The notes under the pieces were generated by a model, which worked only from the letters and a program-made list of their open reading frames with translations, was not told the DNA's origin and searched no databases. Shown here one piece after another: positions 25,381 to 37,249 of a stretch of DNA of 64,000 nucleotides. Source of the stretch: Haliotis rubra (Eukaryota); contig NW_025766964.1 in assembly GCF_003918875.1 (NCBI RefSeq), positions 1-64,000 of the forward strand, given 5' to 3'. Within the stretch, counting starts at the first letter, position 1. Each line of letters begins with the position of its first letter. The translations under genes and the position numbers were made by a program.

Positions 25381-25892
25381 TTTCAAGACAGACAACTTAT
25401 ATGAACGCACCGCCATTTCTTTACACAACCTAGTAGCCCCATACACGTCATTGGGTGTCATTCTTCATTTTGACGGTTTTCAAGGTCGATAAATCACTGT
25501 AGACCATTCATTTTGACAATCATCTTGCATCACACGGTTGTTCGTGTTTGTTTCCAGCCGTTTTTTATTTTGTTGTTTTGCTGTTGTTTTTTTGGTTTTT
25601 AAATGAAAATCGTACATATGCAAATTTCACGTGAAACACCAATCATCTTTCAAGAGCGATTACTGTACAACAACTATGATCATAAGGAAGTGAAAGTAGT
25701 GATGTACTCTCAAAACATTCATTATTATCATATCAACATTGATATATCTCCCCTTTTTTTCAATCGTAAATTAAAAAAGAAGTTCCCTACTTTTTAAGAG
25801 CATACTATTTGCAGGACGACGAGTCCAAATCACTCTCCACCTAATGTACTCAGAATATGGATATCAGGCGTAGTCGTAGTTTGCAAAAGTGT

Positions 25893-26137
25893 GTGAGTGA
25901 GTGAGTTCAGTTTTACGCCGCACTCAGCAATATTCCAGCATTATGGCGGCGGTCTGTAAATAATCGAATCTGGACCAGACAATCGAGTGATCAGCATCAT
26001 GAACATCGACCTACGCAATTGGTATACACTGAAATGTGTCAACCAAGTCAGCGAGCCTGACTACCCGATCCCGTTAGTCGCCTCTTACGACAAGTATGGG
26101 TTACTGAAGATCAATCCTAACCTGGATCTTCACGGGC
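25893..26137 (-). mobile_element. Family B retroposon, full length, (ACTC)n tail
   Basis: Complete head to tail. Confidence 0.92.
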
Positions 26138-26542
26138 CCCATCATACAGCTGGAATATTACTGAGTATGGCATCAAACATCAACAAACGTGTTAACGCTG
26201 TGTCATTCAAGTCGGCTCAGCATGAAGCTACAGTTGTCAATTAACCAGACGTTTCATACCCCCCGCCACCCACCCCCCCCTACATAAAACTAAGGCTACA
26301 TATTACAGTGAAATATTGTTTACTCAAATTCGATCACAAAGATATGTTTCTTATGGTGCTGATTTAATCTTCATCAGTAATAACGCTTTATACCGAAACT
26401 TCGCCTGTCTCGAAGTATGACAGCATTAATGCATTTTCAAGCTTACCGAGATTTTTATGTAGACTAACGGGTCGCCGAACCACTGCAAACCTAAGTGATA
26501 CCACAACTGTGCTACAGTATCAAATGTATTACCATCGAACAA

Positions 26543-26603
26543 ACGTCGTCATATGAGCGAAATATTCTCAAGCACGACGTTAAACCCAATTTCACCTCAC
26601 CTC
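26543..26603 (+). mobile_element. Tail-only (5'-truncated) family C insertion
   Basis: 61 bp of 3' tail; 12-bp TSD ACCATCGAACAA. Confidence 0.88.
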
Positions 26604-26635
26604 ACCATCGAACAAGCAAGTTATGTTTGGATTCT

Positions 26636-26788
26636 TACTTTAGTTTTACGCAATATTAGCAATATTCCAGCAATATCACGGCCGGGAACACCAGAAATGG
26701 GCTTCACACATTTTACCCATGGGAATCGAATCCGGGTCTTCTGCGAGATAAGTGAACGCTTTAACCACTAGGCTACCCCACCGCCCCC
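26636..26788 (-). mobile_element. Family A SINE
   Basis: Reverse complement of consensus. Confidence 0.88.
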
Positions 26789-27504
26789 TGTTGCCCGGAA
26801 GTTTATGTCCTATATTCTGTTAAGGATAGTGTTTATTTAACATTCGTTTTGTATTTTAGGTTACATTTATGTTTAAAATATCAGAAAGCAAAGCCTTTTG
26901 TCTGTCTAGTTACATTTTTACCATTAGCAATGTCGTTCCTCTTTAAGGGTTTCCGGTTTTCACAAGTTTAAAAACGTTTGGTTGAATAAATGCTAAGTTT
27001 AAAATATCCATTTTATTTACTTGACAGTTAGGCAGCAGAGTATATATTTGTGTGTTTGTGACATGTGCCCATTTGTCATTCTTTCCGACACAGATTACCT
27101 GTCATGGCTAGAATTTCCGTTGTCCCGCTTAACAGCTACTTTTTTTCATAAAACATCTCAGATGCTTTACAATTCTTGAACTAGGATTGTTGCGTTGTAC
27201 ACAGTCCAGACAATCTGCCTGCTGTAAATATGGTATTCTGATCGGAATTCAATATGGCTGCCGAGCCGGCCATATGGAAATCCCATTCACACAATCTCTA
27301 TTTAACCATGTTTGCAAGTAATTGTGTTTAAATTGCTGTTCAGTATTATGTTTCCTTGCGCATATCCGAAATGTTTGTCGTATTTCGATTCTTCAGCCTG
27401 TGATTCACCCATCGTTAGGTGCACTCTATACGGTGTACAGCGATATCGTGTTTCAGGCTGCTTTCAACCATTTCAGGTGGACATTAAACCGAGATTAACC
27501 CTAG

Positions 27505-27740
27505 GTGAGTAAGTGAGTTTAGTTTTACGCCGCACTCAGCAATATTCCAGCTATATAACGGCGGTCTGTTAATAATCGAGTCTGGACCAAACAATCCAGT
27601 GATCAACAGCATGAACATCGATCTACGCAATTGGGAACCGATGACATGTGTCAACCAAGTAAGCGAGCTTGACCACCTGATCCCGTTAGTCGCCTCTTTG
27701 TGTTACTGAAGATCAATTCTAAACCCGGATCTTCACGGGT
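27505..27740 (-). mobile_element. Family B retroposon, near full length
   Basis: Ends exactly at ACCCGTGAAG on the minus strand. Confidence 0.92.
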
Positions 27741-27840
27741 ACTTTAGGTGCCTGTTCGAGATTCCATTATTTACACACCCCTGCCATATACTAGTAGCTG
27801 GAACATAGCTCAGTGCGGCCTTACACAACAAGAAAACGTT

Positions 27841-28032
27841 AGAGGCGACTAGCGGGATCGGGTGGGCAGGTTCGCTGACTTGGTTGACACTTGTCATCGT
27901 GTCCCTATTGCGTCTATCGATGCTCATGATGTTGACCACTGGATTGTCTGGTCTAGACTGAATTATCTACAGACAATCGCCGTATAGCTGGAATATTACC
28001 GAGCGCGGCGGTAAACAACAAACAAACAAGCA
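27841..28032 (+). mobile_element. Family B retroposon, 5'-truncated
   Basis: AGAGGCGACTA through (AAAC)n tail. Confidence 0.88.
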
Positions 28033-28494
28033 AAAGGTCGTAGTTGGCGGAAATAAATCCCGTCAGCAACTTTGTCAAGGTCACTCCATTGTCGTGTTTG
28101 AGTTGCAACGGCCGTCAGTGCTTGTTTCCTCTCGGCGCATTGTGTACACAGACAGGAAACTCCACTTACAAAACGTAACTTGTGAAAGACAGTTGTATAT
28201 TATCTAGGTAAATCATACAATCTTCTTCTTTGGGGACGCCAGGGTATAGACTAGTGGTTGAAGGCTTATTTGAAGCTATCCAGTGTGACGCCGTTATTCC
28301 GAGTTCGATTCCAAGCGTATAATTTCAATGTTTGAAACCAAGGTTTTGCATGACCTGCCGTGGTACTGATCGACGATGGTAAGAATGACATACAACAATA
28401 CTCACTCACTCACTTACTATATATTATCTCTAATTTTTAAAAAAAACATCCCGCGCTCATGAGATTAATTTGACTCAAGGACTTTCCAGTGAAT

Positions 28495-28643
28495 GGGTGA
28501 GTTAAGTTTTAGCAATATTCTAGCAATATCACGGCGGGAGACACCAGAAATGGGCTTCACAGATTGTACCCATGTTAGGAATCCAACTCGGGTCTTCGGC
28601 GTGATGAGCGAACGCCTTAACTACTAGGCTATCCCACCACCCC
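28495..28643 (-). mobile_element. Family A SINE
   Basis: Reverse complement of consensus. Confidence 0.88.
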
Positions 28644-29080
28644 AATGTTATTCTAAACGTCGTGCCATGATTATTATCAGGATCAAAAGAAGATTTGTTG
28701 GTGATTGGTTCCAGTGCTTTAAACTGGAATGGCGATAAAAAAATCCTGGATTATCGAGGGTGGTGGGATTAAGACCTTGATGCCAATTCCCAATTTGCAG
28801 AATTCCATGCCAGGAATTGCTACGTTTGCAATATTAAGGAACTCTTTGTTCAACGATCCCCTCGGTGGTCCAAAGGAAAGAGCGTCTGCCCGGATAGCGA
28901 AAGGTCGCTGGTTCGATCCCTGGCTCTGTCCTACCCAATGACATTAAAAGTTACTTTTTGTTTCCCCGTTTGATACCTTGCTTTTATGGGGACAAACCAA
29001 GGAATGGTGTGCTCAGTTGGTCCCACTGAACCCCCACCGGACCTCGGAATCTCAAGCTTTTTTTCTCTCATGTGGTTGTT

Positions 29081-29249
29081 GGGGCGGTGGGGTAGCCTAG
29101 TGGTTAAAGCGTTCGCCCGTCACGCCGAAGACCTGGGTTTGATTCCCCACATGGGTACAATGTGTGAAGCCCATTTCTGGTGTCGCCCGCCGTGATATTA
29201 CTGGAATATTGCTAAAAGCGGCCTAAAGCCCAACTAGCTGACTAACTCG
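29081..29249 (+). mobile_element. Family A SINE
   Basis: Near-consensus copy. Confidence 0.92.
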
Positions 29250-29739
29250 ATCTTGGGGTTGTAAATACATGTACTGTACCTGTAGAGCGCAAGAAGGTTA
29301 ACGGACCCCTTGCCATCTGATCCTATTAGGTACCCACTTTCACGTGTAAACTGAAGTCAGTTTCAAGTACCAAGGCGTATGACATCAATTAGTATGTCTC
29401 AGAGTCCCTGAACCACATCATTTTCCCCACTGCCTTGCCCTCGCTGCAATGCTAAAGCCCTAAATGAAGCAAGTCTTTATTCCCACAGGGTCTGAATTTC
29501 CCATCTCACTGGGCTACCTTTCAATTTAAATGGGTTTATTTGGTACTATCGAAACTATGTATATTCAGAGACTAAGCGTTAGTCAAGACATTGCGTAGCA
29601 AGCCAATTTTTTCGTGTAAGCCCGATAGGTTGCAAAACTTCATATTTAGATAGTATTGAGGGTTTGCCCAGCCTTTTAGCAACAGTCTTGTGTAAGCCCG
29701 GGCATTTTTTTATAATGGTTGCTACGCCCCTGGAAGCGG

Positions 29740-30080
29740 TTGTAGCGCTACGACGACCGTACGTAAGCCAATGTTGAAGTATGGGAGTTACGACCACCTT
29801 AGCGCTACGACGACCGTAAGCCAGTATTGAAGTATGGGAGTTACGACCACCTTAGCGCTACGACGACCGTAAGCCAATATTGAAGTATGGGAGTTACGAT
29901 CACCCTAACGCCATCACGACCGTACGTAAGCCAATATTGAAGTATGGGAGTTACGATCACCTTAGCGCTACGACGACCGTAAGCCAATATTGAAGTATGG
30001 GAGTTACGATCACCTTAGCGCTACGACGACCGTAAGCCAATATAGAAGTACAGGAGTTACGACCACCTTAGCGCTAAGAT
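29740..30080. repeat. 53-bp tandem array of an imperfect palindrome (~6 units)
   Basis: CTTAGCGCTACGACGACCGTAAGCCAATATTGAAGTATGGGAGTTACGATCAC; period 29798 to 29851. Confidence 0.93.
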
Positions 30081-30766
30081 GAGGTTGAGGGACGAGGTCA
30101 TGTTTATTACAAAAACGACTGTGGCCTATAAAAATAGCGTAGGCGTTATCATGTGTTTATTTGTCTGTTACTAATCGTCTCTATATCATCAAGCTCCGCT
30201 CTTCTCATCAAACACAGCTGTAAATGCCCCGACAGTCTAGTTCCCACCTGATATAGCAATACGTTATAATCACCGTGGCTTTTACACGGTATGTGAAACC
30301 CACTTAATGTACGAAGGTCAAGGACAGACATGAAGGTTTTTCCTTCAGTCCGACAACACAATCTGTTCTTCTGTCGCCGTGAGGATGCCCTTACCTGTAT
30401 TCGGCACAGGAGATTACACAGGAGATTCGTCATAGTGTAATTCAAGTTTAATGCAGCTGATCACTCCGCTTTATGTGTCATATGTTGACCACTCTCAAAG
30501 CCGAGGTGACCGAATATCTGGTATTTATAAGGCATGACCGGAGACGTCCGAGGACCTCTGAGTGTGGTATATGTGGACGCTCACCGGTAATGAAGGATCG
30601 TTTCTGGTTGGCTGATTACGTGTATGGATGCTTGTCAAGAAAACGTACGCAGAAAAAAAATACAAGTTCACTCACTCACTCACTCACTCACTCACTCATT
30701 GACCTCATACATGATAACTCCAGCACATGAAATGTTTTAAGCCCACTCGTCATTCGTATCTGACTT

Positions 30767-30872
30767 GGGGCGGTTGGTAGCCTAGTGGTTAAAGCGTACG
30801 CTCGTCACGCCGAAGACCCGGGTTCGATTCCCCACATGGGTACGATGTGTGAAGCCCATTTCTGGTGTCCCT
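30767..30872 (+). mobile_element. Family A SINE lacking its 3' tail
   Basis: Head and body only. Confidence 0.88.
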
Positions 30873-30894
30873 CTGGAACGAATGTGTGGTATCA

Positions 30895-32010
30895 AGAGGT
30901 GGGGTCCAGAGAGAGGTGAGTTGGGCTAAGAGAGGTGGTTGACATTGAGGTGGGTGAGGCTGCGAAAGAGGTTGTGGGGCTGAGGGAGAAATAGGTGAGG
31001 TGGGTGAAACTGAGGAAGAGGTAGGTGAGGCCCAGAGAGAGGTGAGTGGGGCTAAGAAAGAGGTGGGTGGGGCTGAGAGAGAAATAGGTGAAGTAGGTGA
31101 GGCCGAGAAAGAGGTGGGTGAGGCTGAGAAAGAGGTGAGTGGGGCTGAGAAAGAGGTGGGTGGGGCTAAGAAAGAGGTGGGTGGGGCTGAGAGAAAAGAG
31201 GTGGGTGGGGCTGAGAAAGAGGTGGGTGAGGCTGAGAAAGAGGTGGGTGGGGCTGAGAAAGAGGTGGGTGGGGCTGCTGGAGGAATACGTGAAGCTGAGA
31301 AAGAGGTAGGTGAGGTCCAGAGAGAGGTGAGTGGGGCTGAGAGAGGTGGGTGGGGCTAAGAAAGAGGTGGGTGGAGCTGAGAGAGAAAGAGGTGGGTGGG
31401 GCTGAGAAAGAGGTGGGTGGGGCTGCTGGAGGAATACGATGAAGCTGAGAAGAGAGGTAGGTGAGGTCCAGAGAGAGGTGGGTGGGGCTGAGAGAGGTGG
31501 GTGGGGCTAAGAAAGAGGTAGGTGGAGCTGAGAAAGAGGTGGGTGAGGCCGAGAAAGAGGTGGGTGGGGCTGCTGGAGGAATACGTGAAGCTGAGAAAGA
31601 GGTAGGTGAGGGGCTGAGAGAGGTGGGTGGGGCTGAGAGAGAGGTGAAGGGTGGGGCTAAGAAAGAGGTAGGTGGAGCTGAGAAAGAGGTGGGTGAGGCC
31701 GAGAAAGAGGTGGGTGGGGCTGATGGAGGAATAAGTGAAGCTGAGAAAGAGGTAGGTGAGGTCCAGAGAGAGGTGACTTAACTAAGCGAGATGTGTGAGG
31801 CTGAGAAAGAGGTGGGTATGGCGGAGAGAGGTGGAGGCTGAGCTTGAGAGAGATATGTGGGTGGGGCACAGAAAGAGAGGTGGTTGAAGTTGAGGTGGGT
31901 GAGCCTGAGAGAGACGTGGGTGAAAGAGAGGTGGGACAGGTTGAAAGGGATGTGGGTGAGGGACGTTGGTGGGGCTGTGAGAGTGGTGGGTGAGGTTGAG
32001 ATCGAAGAGG
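30895..32010. repeat. Purine-rich ~21-bp degenerate minisatellite (GAGAAAGAGGTGGGTGGGGCT)
   Basis: Visible tandem units with indels. Confidence 0.9.
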
Positions 32011-32260
32011 TTTAGATTGAGAGAATATGGTGCGGTTGTGAGTAAGAGTGGAGGAGACTGAGAGAGCGGGGAAAGCTGACATTGAGATGATGGGGGAGAT
32101 AATAGTGGAACAAGGTAAAGTTGAAAATGAGGGCAGCCTGGTTCCCTGGGTCTGTCGGAACGTTAGCGCAGGCGCAACAGACACAGGGAACCAGGCTGAA
32201 AATGAGGGTTGGTGAGAGTAAGAAAGTGGCTGCGTTTGAGGTCCAGTTAGAGTGTGTGAA

Positions 32261-32420
32261 TGTGACTGAGTTTAGTTTTACGCCGCTTAAAATTAGCAAT
32301 ATCACAGCAATATCACAGCAGGGGACACCAGAAATGGGCTTCACACATTGTACCCATGTGGGGAATCGAACCAGGGTCTTCGGCGTGACTAGCGAAACCA
32401 CTGGGCTACCCCACCGCCCC
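32261..32420 (-). mobile_element. Family A SINE
   Basis: Reverse complement of consensus. Confidence 0.88.
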
Positions 32421-32447
32421 AGGTTGAGTGAGAAAACAAGGCGGGTA

Positions 32448-33260
32448 TGAGACGGCATGAGAGTGGGAGAGGTAATGTGAGAACGAGTTAGAGAGATTGT
32501 GTAAGGTTGTGAGACGGCATGAGAGTGGGAGAGGTAATGTGAGAACGAGTTAGAGAGATTGTGTAAGGTTGTGAGACGGCATGAGTGTGGGAGAGGTAAT
32601 GTGAGAACGAGTTAGAGAGATTGTGTAAGGTTGTGAGACGGCATGAGAGTGGGAGAGGTAATGTGAGAACGAGTTAGAGAGATTGTGTAAGGTTGTGAGA
32701 CGGCATGAGAGTGGGAGAGGTAATGTGAGAACGAGTTAGAGAGATTGTGTAAGGTTGTGAGACGGCATGAGAGTGGGAGAGGTAATGTGAGAACACGAGT
32801 TAGAGAGATTGTGTAAGGTTGTGAGACGGCATGAGTGTGGGAGAGGTAATGTGAGAACGAGTTAGTTAGGATTGTGTAAGGTTGTGAGACGGCATGAGTG
32901 TGGGAGAGGTAATGTGAGAACGAGTTAGAGAGATTGTGTAAGGTTGTGAGACGGCATGAGAGTGGGAGAGGTAATGTGAGAACGAGTTAGAGAGATTGTG
33001 TAAGGTTGTGAGACGGCATGAGAGTGGGAGATGTAATGTGAGAACGAGTTAGAGAGATTGTGTAAGGTTGTGAGACGGCATGAGTGTGGGAGAGGTAATG
33101 TGAGAACTAGAGTTAGAGAGATTGTGTAAGGTTGTGAGACGGCATGAGTGTGGGAGATGTAATGTGAGAACGAGTTAGAGAGATTGTGTAAGGTTGTGAG
33201 ACGGCATGAGAGTGGGAGAGGTAATGTGAGAACGAGTTAGAGAGATTGTGTAAGGTGTGA
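32448..33260. repeat. 62-bp minisatellite, ~13 near-identical units
   Basis: Period 32461 to 32523 to 32585. Confidence 0.97.
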
Positions 33261-33287
33261 GTGAGATGGTGGGTCAGATTCAGTCAA

Positions 33288-33407
33288 TGAGTGAGTTCGG
33301 TTTTATTCCAGCAACATCACGACGGGGGGCACCAGAAATGGGCTTCACACATTGTACCAATGCCCCCACGAGCGAACACTTTAACCACTAGGCTAACCAA
33401 CCGCCCC
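33288..33407 (-). mobile_element. Family A SINE, internally deleted
   Basis: Consensus blocks with gaps. Confidence 0.8.
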
Positions 33408-33420
33408 TGGTCAGGTTCAG

Positions 33421-33506
33421 AGTGAGATAGTCAGGCCAAGAGTGAGATAGTCAGGCCAAGAGTTAGTCAGGCCAAGAGTGAGATAGTCAGGCCAAGAGTG
33501 AGATAT
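33421..33506. repeat. 20-bp tandem repeat AGTGAGATAGTCAGGCCAAG
   Basis: ~4 units. Confidence 0.9.
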
Positions 33507-33889
33507 TAGGCTAGGTTGTGAATGACAGTCAGAGAGATAGATGTTGAAAGTGACTGAGCGTAATAGATAGTGATAGCTAGTGGCTTATGTAGCCAGTTTC
33601 GATCTGATACGAGAGCCCGACAGCATGTCTCAGAGGGATAAGTGGATATCAATACACCACACAACTTCCCGACATAAGCACCGTCATTGCAGGGGCGTGG
33701 CGCGATCACGTGCTACCAAGACAGATCACGATCAACTCTCGTCCAGGAGGAGATTGTGTGACACATATTGTAAATGCAGTCCTGTCATGATAACCATACT
33801 CAGGCCGTTAATTCGAAGTTTTCCTTGAAAAAATATTTAGTTATTTCGTGTACATGCTCATATTCCGCCTCCGTGTTGATTTTGTCAGA

Positions 33890-34957
33890 GGACCCTCGAG
33901 AATATGTCCAGTCCTTGCAGGCAATCTAGTGGATGCCCGAGTATATGTCCATTCCTTACAGGCAATGTAGAGGATGCCTGAGTATATATCCATTCCTTAC
34001 AGGCAATGTAGAGGATGCCCGAGTATATGTCCATTCCTTACAGACAATGTAGGGGATGCCCGAGTATATGTCCATTCCTTACAGGCAATGTAGAGGATGC
34101 CCGAGTATATGTCCATTCCTTACAGGCAATGTAGAGGCTGCATGAGTATATGTCCATTCCTTACAGACCCGAGTATATGTCCATTCCTTACAGGCAATGT
34201 AGAGGATGCCCGAGTATATGTCCATTCCTTACAGGCAATGTAGAGGATGCCCGAGTATATGTCCATTCCTTACAGGCAATGTAGAGGATGCCCGAGTATA
34301 TGTCCATTCCTTACAGGCAATGTCCATTCCTTACAGGCAATGTAGAGGATGCCCGAGTATATGTCCATTCCTTACAGGCAATGTAGAGGATGCCCGAGTT
34401 TATGTCCATTCCTTGTAGGCAATGTAGAGGATGGTCGAGAATATGTCCATTCCTTGTAGGCAATGTAGGGGATGCCCGCGTATATGTCTATTCCTTACAG
34501 GCAATGTAGAGGATACCTGAGTATATGTCCATTCCTTACAGGCAGTGTACAGGATGCCCGAGTATATGTCCATTCCTTACAGACAATGTAGGGGATGCCC
34601 GAGTATATGTCCATTCCTTACAGGCAATGTAGAGGATGGCCGAGTATATGTCCATTCCTTACAGGCAATGTAGGGGATGCCCGAGTATATGTCCATTCCT
34701 TACAGACAATGTAGGGGATGCCCGAATATATGTCCATTCCTTACAGGCAATGTAGAGGATGCCCGAGTTTATGTCCATTCCTTACAGGCAATGTAGAGGA
34801 TGCCCGAGTATATGTCCATTCCTTACAGGCAATGTAGGGGATGCCCGAGTATATGTCCATTCCTTACAGGCAATGTAGAGGATGCCCGAGTATATGTCCA
34901 TTCCTTACAGGCAATGTAGAGGATGCCCGAGTATATTTCCATTCCTTACAGGCAATG
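33890..34957. repeat. 41-bp minisatellite (GATGCCCGAGTATATGTCCATTCCTTACAGGCAATGTAGAG)
   Basis: ~26 units; period 33931 to 33972. Confidence 0.97.
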
Positions 34958-35021
34958 ATTAGAACAGAATAAGATATCGTCGGCATGACATGGGTTTCAT
35001 CCTTAAGCTGCTAATATGATG

Positions 35022-35093
35022 GACAACCATGACGGTGCAGACTACCAGTATGGTGTCAAATGTGCAAACTGTGACGGCCCTCATGCTGCTTCG
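35022..35093 (+). mobile_element. Tiny LINE ORF1 zinc-knuckle relic (I/Nimb/Jockey-type)
   Basis: DNHDGADYQYGVKCANCDGPHAAS resembles the H....C....KCANC.G.H.AS motif. Confidence 0.5.
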
Positions 35094-35236
35094 GGGCGGT
35101 TGGGTAGCCTAGTGGTTAAAGAGTTCGCTCGTCACGTCAATTCCCAACATGTGTATCGTATCGATGATCGTATGCTTTTCCATTGGATTACGATAACAGA
35201 ATAATTAATATCTTAAATATAACATTAATATCTTAC

Positions 35237-35484
35237 ACCCGTGAAGATCCGGGTTAGAATTAACCTTCAGTAACCCATGCTTGTCGTAAGAGGCGACTAA
35301 CGGGATAGGGTGGTCAGACTCGCTGACTTGGTTGTCACATGTAATCGGTTTCCAGTTGCGCAGGTCGATGCTCATGCTGTTGATCACTGGATTGTCTGGT
35401 CCAGGCTCGATTATTTACAGACCGCCGCCATATAGCTGGAATATTGCTGAATGCGGCGTAAAACTAAACTCATTCACTCACTCA
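35237..35484 (+). mobile_element. Family B retroposon, full length
   Basis: Complete structured head, body, tail and (ACTC)n. Confidence 0.93.
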
Positions 35485-35780
35485 TGTTTTAGAGTACGCC
35501 CATTACGTCCATAAACCTGACTTATCCACCAGCAGCACCCTTTGTTCTATACGGGCATGTTGAGGCATCAAGTAAAACATGTGGCGTTTCTTTCTTTTGT
35601 TCAGTCTGGGCTTGGTATCAATGGCGGAATAGCAGCACTTACAATATGCTTCCATATGCCCATTAACCTGACGCGAGGGATGTTATCCGATTATTCCCAG
35701 TTGATTAAAGATTATACCTCACGCACGATACATTGCGTGCCTTCAACTAATGACATTTGCCCCTCATACGCTGAACATAC

Positions 35781-35949
35781 GAGTGGGTGAGTGAGTTTGG
35801 TTTTACGCCACTTTTAGCAATATTCAAGCAATATCACGGCGGGGGGACACCAGAAATGGTTTTCACACATTTTAACCATGTAGGGAATCGAACCAGGGTC
35901 TTCGGCGTGACGAGCGAACGCTTTTACCACTAGGCTACCCCACAGCCCC
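35781..35949 (-). mobile_element. Family A SINE
   Basis: Reverse complement of consensus. Confidence 0.9.
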
Positions 35950-36449
35950 AGAGTCGGGGAGAAGAACCGAAGTGATGCAGGTCTAAGATGCTGACTATTT
36001 TTGTACAACCAACCAGAAGGGCGAATCTGGACCTGGAACCAACAATCACAGGATCCTGCCATGCCTAAAGGGCGTTAATCTCCCAGGCAGATTACAGTGC
36101 CTTAGAAGACTGCGCCAAGCGTGTATACTATTTCGTCCAAATTTGTTTATATACCTTTTATTGATGCAACGAGCTCATCCTGTTATTTTTTCATAATTTC
36201 TTAACGCAAACGAATGCGGGTTAGAATAGAAAAGTATGCTGATCGTAAGAGGAAAATTAAAGGCTTTGGGTGGTCAGGCTCGGCGACTTTGTTAATGGCA
36301 TTTGTCACCGTATCCCAACGGCGTTGATACATGCTCTTAATATCAATCACTGGACTGGTCCAGGCAGACTATGCAAAGGTAGCGGTCATATAGATGGAAT
36401 ATTATTCAGTGGCGGCTTTAATGCACATAGGCATGCACGCACGCACGCG

Positions 36450-36491
<42 letters not shown>

Positions 36492-36674
36492 CCTCATATA
36501 AGTATATACTGTCTTGGGTTCACTTCAATTTAAGGTGATCGTACTGGTTGTTCACAGTCAACGTTCGCTGATTTCAATGCTGTGATTATCTATGATGCCA
36601 AGTACACGTTTGTTCAATTAGGGTCGCCATCAAATGTTCACTCAAAGGATATAATGGTATATGGTAGATATAGG

Positions 36675-37000
36675 CAGTGTGCGAAATATTCACTGGCCCG
36701 CTAGCCCGTGGCTAGCAGAAATCCACTCGGGCCAGTAAATCTCCACAGTCACTGGCCCGACTGGCTATTGAATTTTCATGGGGTCCTTTGTAACTTTATC
36801 ACTCTCTCCGACTTGTTAAGTATAGGAAACGTTTAAATCATGCAGGATTATGGCCTGATAGAAATTTTCATTATATTAGCAATGATGAAACCCGTGTCTA
36901 TATTCAAATTTCGGACTGTTGAAATATTTTGTGGGCTAGAAACTTTCAGGCATTTCTAGACCGACTGGCTATCAGAATTTGGAAAATATCTCTCACACTG
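36675..37000. mobile_element. hAT-type MITE
   Basis: TIR CAGTGTG.GA.ATATT; perfect 8-bp TSD GATATAGG; internal ACTGGCCCG repeats. Confidence 0.92.
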
Positions 37001-37249
37001 GATATAGGAGGTTGGAAGAGTGGAAGAAATAATTATACTTTGAAAAGGTCTCCACGAAAAAACTTAGTTCAAGAATCAGAAGAAATCAACTGTGGTTTCA
37101 GGAAAGTCAGTATTTACAGATAGACCGTTACACGAACAACGAAAATTATTCGTATTTTGGAAACAATCTTCAAAGAAAATTCATAAATCGATAAGCAAAC
37201 AGATATTAGATACATTGATCGATTCGCTGACAGGGAGGTTTATAACAGT

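Noticed and set aside
31000-31781. (EKEVGGA)n ORFs resembling repetitive structural proteins
   Set aside because: Frequent frameshifting indels and no splice or start context; purine-rich minisatellite
29740-34957. CRISPR-like appearance of regular repeats
   Set aside because: Units are head-to-tail with no unique spacers, there are no cas genes, and the DNA is eukaryotic
35237-35312. Canonical HDV-like ribozyme in the family B head (CTAA after a hairpin)
   Set aside because: No P3/L3 motif or P1/P1.1 arrangement could be built by eye; kept only as an unclassified structured-RNA candidate
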